Shown here: piece after piece, positions 60,761-64,000 of the stretch | Numbering within the stretch: position 1 is the first letter of the stretch | How the letters are laid out: every line of letters begins with the position of its first letter | NCBI GenBank assembly: GCA_043228905.1 | Contig: JBHGNT010000022.1 | Coordinates: forward strand, 11,098,001 to 11,162,000 | DNA from: Azolla caroliniana | Taxonomy: Eukaryota; Plantae; Polypodiophyta | DNA: 64,000 nt | Direction: 5' to 3' | Notes under the pieces: model-generated | Database searches by the model: none | Told to the model about the DNA's origin: nothing | Seen by the model: only the letters and a program-made list of their open reading frames with translations | Translations under genes and position numbers: made by a program

Positions 60761-63700
60761 TGATGCGAAAGATATATGTATTATATGACGGAAGATATAC
60801 AACAGTAGTTAGAAGGCTTAAGACTGGCGTTGAACCGATTTGGTTCGAACTAATGCCTTGCGCCTCCTTTTATAGTGTCTTCAGGAATACTCCTGAAGTT
60901 TCTAGAATGTTCCAGAGAAATCTGGAATATACATCAATTTCCTAATAAAACCTAAATGAAAATAATATCCTTCAAATTACAACTCATAACCTAATGGTAA
61001 AGTCTCGACCCGTGTAACAAAAGGTTATGGGTTCGAGTCTAGTTGTTCGAGTCTAGTTATGACACTATCCCCCCTTTAAAACGACGAGTTTCACGAGTCG
61101 TTTTGGATTGAGGACCCGGTTTCTCGGGATATCGTCGATGGAAGTCTTCTAGAAGAGCACGAGCATTGGTCACATTCTCGATCGGTTCCCAAGTACGCTC
61201 GCTGGGACTATATCCTAGCCAATCGACTAGATAGTAGAGCTTGTTGCGAACAATCTTGGAATCGAGGATGGCAGCGACCTCATACTCAGGTCCATCTTCG
61301 AGCTCGATAGGAGGTGGAGGTTGTATAGTACGTCCTGGGATAGTGCTCTCGTGATAGGGTTCGAGGAGAGAACTATGAAACACCGGGTGTATCCGAAGTT
61401 GCGGAGGTAGCTCAAGACGAAAAGCGACATCATTAATCTTCCCGATAATACGGAAAGGACCTAATCGTCGATAATCCAACTTCTCACATGGGCGAGTAGT
61501 CTTGATGTGTCGTCGTAGCAGCCACACCCGATCTCCAATGTTAAAACTGGATGGAAGTCGATGACGATCTGCGTAGTCCTTGTGTGATTGTTGAGCTTGC
61601 TGGAGTTGAGTAGATAAATCCGCTTGTATCTTGCGTAACCGCTCCAAACGATCCTCCGCGCAAGGATTTGTGGACACTTCTGGGGTTTCAAGGACACACC
61701 ACCGGGGATGATATCCCGTATAAGCGTAGAATGGCGTGACTTTAGTCGATGCGTGGATAGCGTTATTATAGGCAAATTCGGCGAACTGAAGAATATATGC
61801 CCAGTCATTCTGATGATAGTTGAGAAAGCACCGCAGATACTGCTCCAGTGTTTGATTTGTTCGTTCGGCTTGACCGTCGGTTTGTGGGTGGTAGCCGGAG
61901 GAGAGGTTACAAGTGACCTTCAGCATTTTAAAAAGGTGCTTCCAGAATTTTGACACAAACTGGGGTCCACGATCGCTGATGATATTATCAGGGAGTCCAT
62001 GATGCCGACATACTTCCCGCATGACAATTTCGGCGGTGTCTTCACTAGATATTTCTTTAGTACATGGTAAGAAATGAGCCATCTTCGTATATCGATCCAC
62101 CACTGTGAGAATCGCACTGAATCCCTTAGAGACTGGAAGATCTGTAATGAAGTCAAGAGCAATGGATTGCCATGGCTTGCTTGGAATTGGTAATGGTTCT
62201 AATAAACCATATGGATGATGTCTTGGCATTTTCGCTCTGCAGCATGTATCGCAAGTCCGAACAAAATCTTCGACAAATTGTCGCATACGGGGCCACCAGA
62301 ATGATCGTTGTACTAAATCTAATGTTTTAGTACTACCAAAATGTCCTGCTGTATATGTGTCATGGCAGTTTTGTACTACTCGAAGGCGGCAAGAACCATT
62401 AGGAACATACAAAAGTTCTTTAAAGAAGAGTAATCCATCACAGTATTTGAATTGCCGATAATCCGTACCTGGTGATTGTGATTGTGAACATGACGCTCGA
62501 GAGGGGTCAATTTGTGCTAGTATAGCTTGGGCGAAAGCGTCAGTCTTCAAGTCCTCACGTATAGTATTGGTAATGTCGGAATCCACGGGCATGTCAAAGA
62601 TCTGTGCTGCTTGCAGTCGTGCTGGACCCAAGATTACTTGCTTCTGGTTATCGAAAGCTGGCTCACCGGGACGTGGTGTTAGATACGAACGCCGTGATAA
62701 TGCATCTGCCTTCCCTTGGTGCTTCCCCGGACGATATGTAATTTTGAAGTCGAAGCGTGTGAGGAAGTGGGCCCACCGAGCTTGACGTCGATTCAGTACA
62801 CGAGCATCTTGAAAGTAGGCAAGGTTCTTGTGGTCACTGAATACAGTGACCTGATGAGGAGATCCCTCCAGGAAATGCCTCCATTGCATAAAAGAATCAA
62901 CTATTGCTAATAGCTCTTTATCATGAATTTCGTAGTTGATTTCGGCGGCGTCAAACTTACGGGAGTGGAAAGCCACAGGATGTAGCTTCTCGTCGTTACC
63001 CTGTTGTGACAGAATGCTCCCCAATGCGAAATCCGATGCATCAGCTTCGATAATGAATGGTTTTTCCGGATCCACATGACCTAAAATTGGAGCTGATGTA
63101 AACGCCTTCTTAAGACTCTCGAAAGCCATGTCCGTCTCTTTAGACCAAATGAATGATTGTCCCTTCCTGGTGAGCTGTGTGAGAGGCAGCACAATTTTTG
63201 AGTAATTTTGTATGAACTTCCGGTAGAAATTTGCAAAGCCTAGGAAGCATTGCACATCCCGCACCGAACGCGGAGTGTGCCATTCTATCACCGTTTTGAC
63301 CTTGGCTGGGTCCATAGATATGCCTTCTGAGGAGATGACATAGCCGAGAAACTCCACTTGGTTGCACCCGAAACTACATTTCTCTAACTTTGCATACAGA
63401 CCATGTTCTCGAAGTCGTTTTAGTACTAATAGTACATGAGAATCATGTTCTTCTTGGGTCTTTGAATAAACCAGTAGATCATCCAAATAGATGATCAAAA
63501 AATCATCCAAGAGATCTCGAAATATATCATTCGCCATGTGCTGGAAGACTGCCGGCGCATTAGTGAGTCCGAACGGCATGACCGTATACTCGAAGTGCCC
63601 ATATCTGGTGCGAAACGCGGTCTTCCATTCATCTCCTGGTCGGATCCGTACGAGGTTATAGGCTCCTCGTAAGTCGATCTTCGTGAAGAACCTGGCACCG

Positions 63701-64000
63701 TTGATCCGTTCTAAAAGACTTGAGATAAGGGGAAGAGCATACCTATTTCTTACTGTGACCTTATTCAAGCCACGGTAATCTACAACGAGTCGAAGCGAGC
63801 CATCTTTTTTCTTGACGAAGAAAATGGGTGCGCCGGCTGGAGATTTCGAATGCCGAATGAAACCGTTCTCCAAATTCTCCTCTATATAGGCTCGAAGGAC
63901 TTCTAGCTCGGTTGGTGACAAATTGTAGATCGGCCCCCATGGCGGCTCTTTTCCCGGTTGTAAGTCGATGGCGCAGTCGTACGGCCGATGATGAGGAAGT
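60578..64000 (-). mobile_element. Young Tcn1-like chromovirus, 3' part; 5' part outside the window
   Basis: 3' LTR 60578-61064, PPT and uninterrupted pol. Almost identical to 42623-45592. Confidence 0.95.
61057..64000 (-). CDS. Pol: RT-RNaseH-integrase-chromodomain, intact within the window
   Basis: At least 954 aa open, with YLDD, ADASD, HHCC, DRGPQF, GPF and the chromodomain YEVAAILD...YLVDWLGY...TWEP. Confidence 0.95.
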   Translation of the reverse strand, partial: LPHHRPYDCAIDLQPGKEPPWGPIYNLSPTELEVLRAYIEENLENGFIRHSKSPAGAPIFFVKKKDGSLRLVVDYRGLNKVTVRNRYALPLISSLLERINGARFFTKIDLRGAYNLVRIRPGDEWKTAFRTRYGHFEYTVMPFGLTNAPAVFQHMANDIFRDLLDDFLIIYLDDLLVYSKTQEEHDSHVLLVLKRLREHGLYAKLEKCSFGCNQVEFLGYVISSEGISMDPAKVKTVIEWHTPRSVRDVQCFLGFANFYRKFIQNYSKIVLPLTQLTRKGQSFIWSKETDMAFESLKKAFTSAPILGHVDPEKPFIIEADASDFALGSILSQQGNDEKLHPVAFHSRKFDAAEINYEIHDKELLAIVDSFMQWRHFLEGSPHQVTVFSDHKNLAYFQDARVLNRRQARWAHFLTRFDFKITYRPGKHQGKADALSRRSYLTPRPGEPAFDNQKQVILGPARLQAAQIFDMPVDSDITNTIREDLKTDAFAQAILAQIDPSRASCSQSQSPGTDYRQFKYCDGLLFFKELLYVPNGSCRLRVVQNCHDTYTAGHFGSTKTLDLVQRSFWWPRMRQFVEDFVRTCDTCCRAKMPRHHPYGLLEPLPIPSKPWQSIALDFITDLPVSKGFSAILTVVDRYTKMAHFLPCTKEISSEDTAEIVMREVCRHHGLPDNIISDRGPQFVSKFWKHLFKMLKVTCNLSSGYHPQTDGQAERTNQTLEQYLRCFLNYHQNDWAYILQFAEFAYNNAIHASTKVTPFYAYTGYHPRWCVLETPEVSTNPCAEDRLERLRKIQADLSTQLQQAQQSHKDYADRHRLPSSFNIGDRVWLLRRHIKTTRPCEKLDYRRLGPFRIIGKINDVAFRLELPPQLRIHPVFHSSLLEPYHESTIPGRTIQPPPPIELEDGPEYEVAAILDSKIVRNKLYYLVDWLGYSPSERTWEPIENVTNARALLEDFHRRYPEKPGPQSKTTRETRRFKGGIVS

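Overview
This is a gene-free, repeat-dense plant nuclear region. The Tcn1-like chromoviruses suggest a non-seed plant such as a fern, which is an inference. The host scaffold from about 10.7 to 32.8 kb is a tandem array with a ~1,580-bp unit. Each unit carries two fully foldable tRNA-Gln genes (CUG and UUG) plus several decayed tRNA-Gln modules. The array has been invaded by four Ty1/copia elements, an L1-type LINE sitting in a (GA)n tract, a solo LTR and a small non-autonomous LTR element. That small element carries a captured RUP/COP1-type WD40 gene fragment. The left end is an Athila-like Ty3/gypsy element with an extra intact 3' ORF, nested in a copia RT. The right half (32.8-64 kb) is a nest of chromoviruses, most of which can be resolved by 5-bp target-site duplications (TSDs). 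It contains five Tcn1-like copies and two copies of a second chromovirus group. The Tcn1-like LTRs share three notable features: an antisense tRNA-derived Pol III A/B-box cassette at the LTR 5' end, a co-varying self-priming PBS, and a -1 frameshift pseudoknot between gag and pol. All calls come from reading the sequence by eye; no database searches were run.
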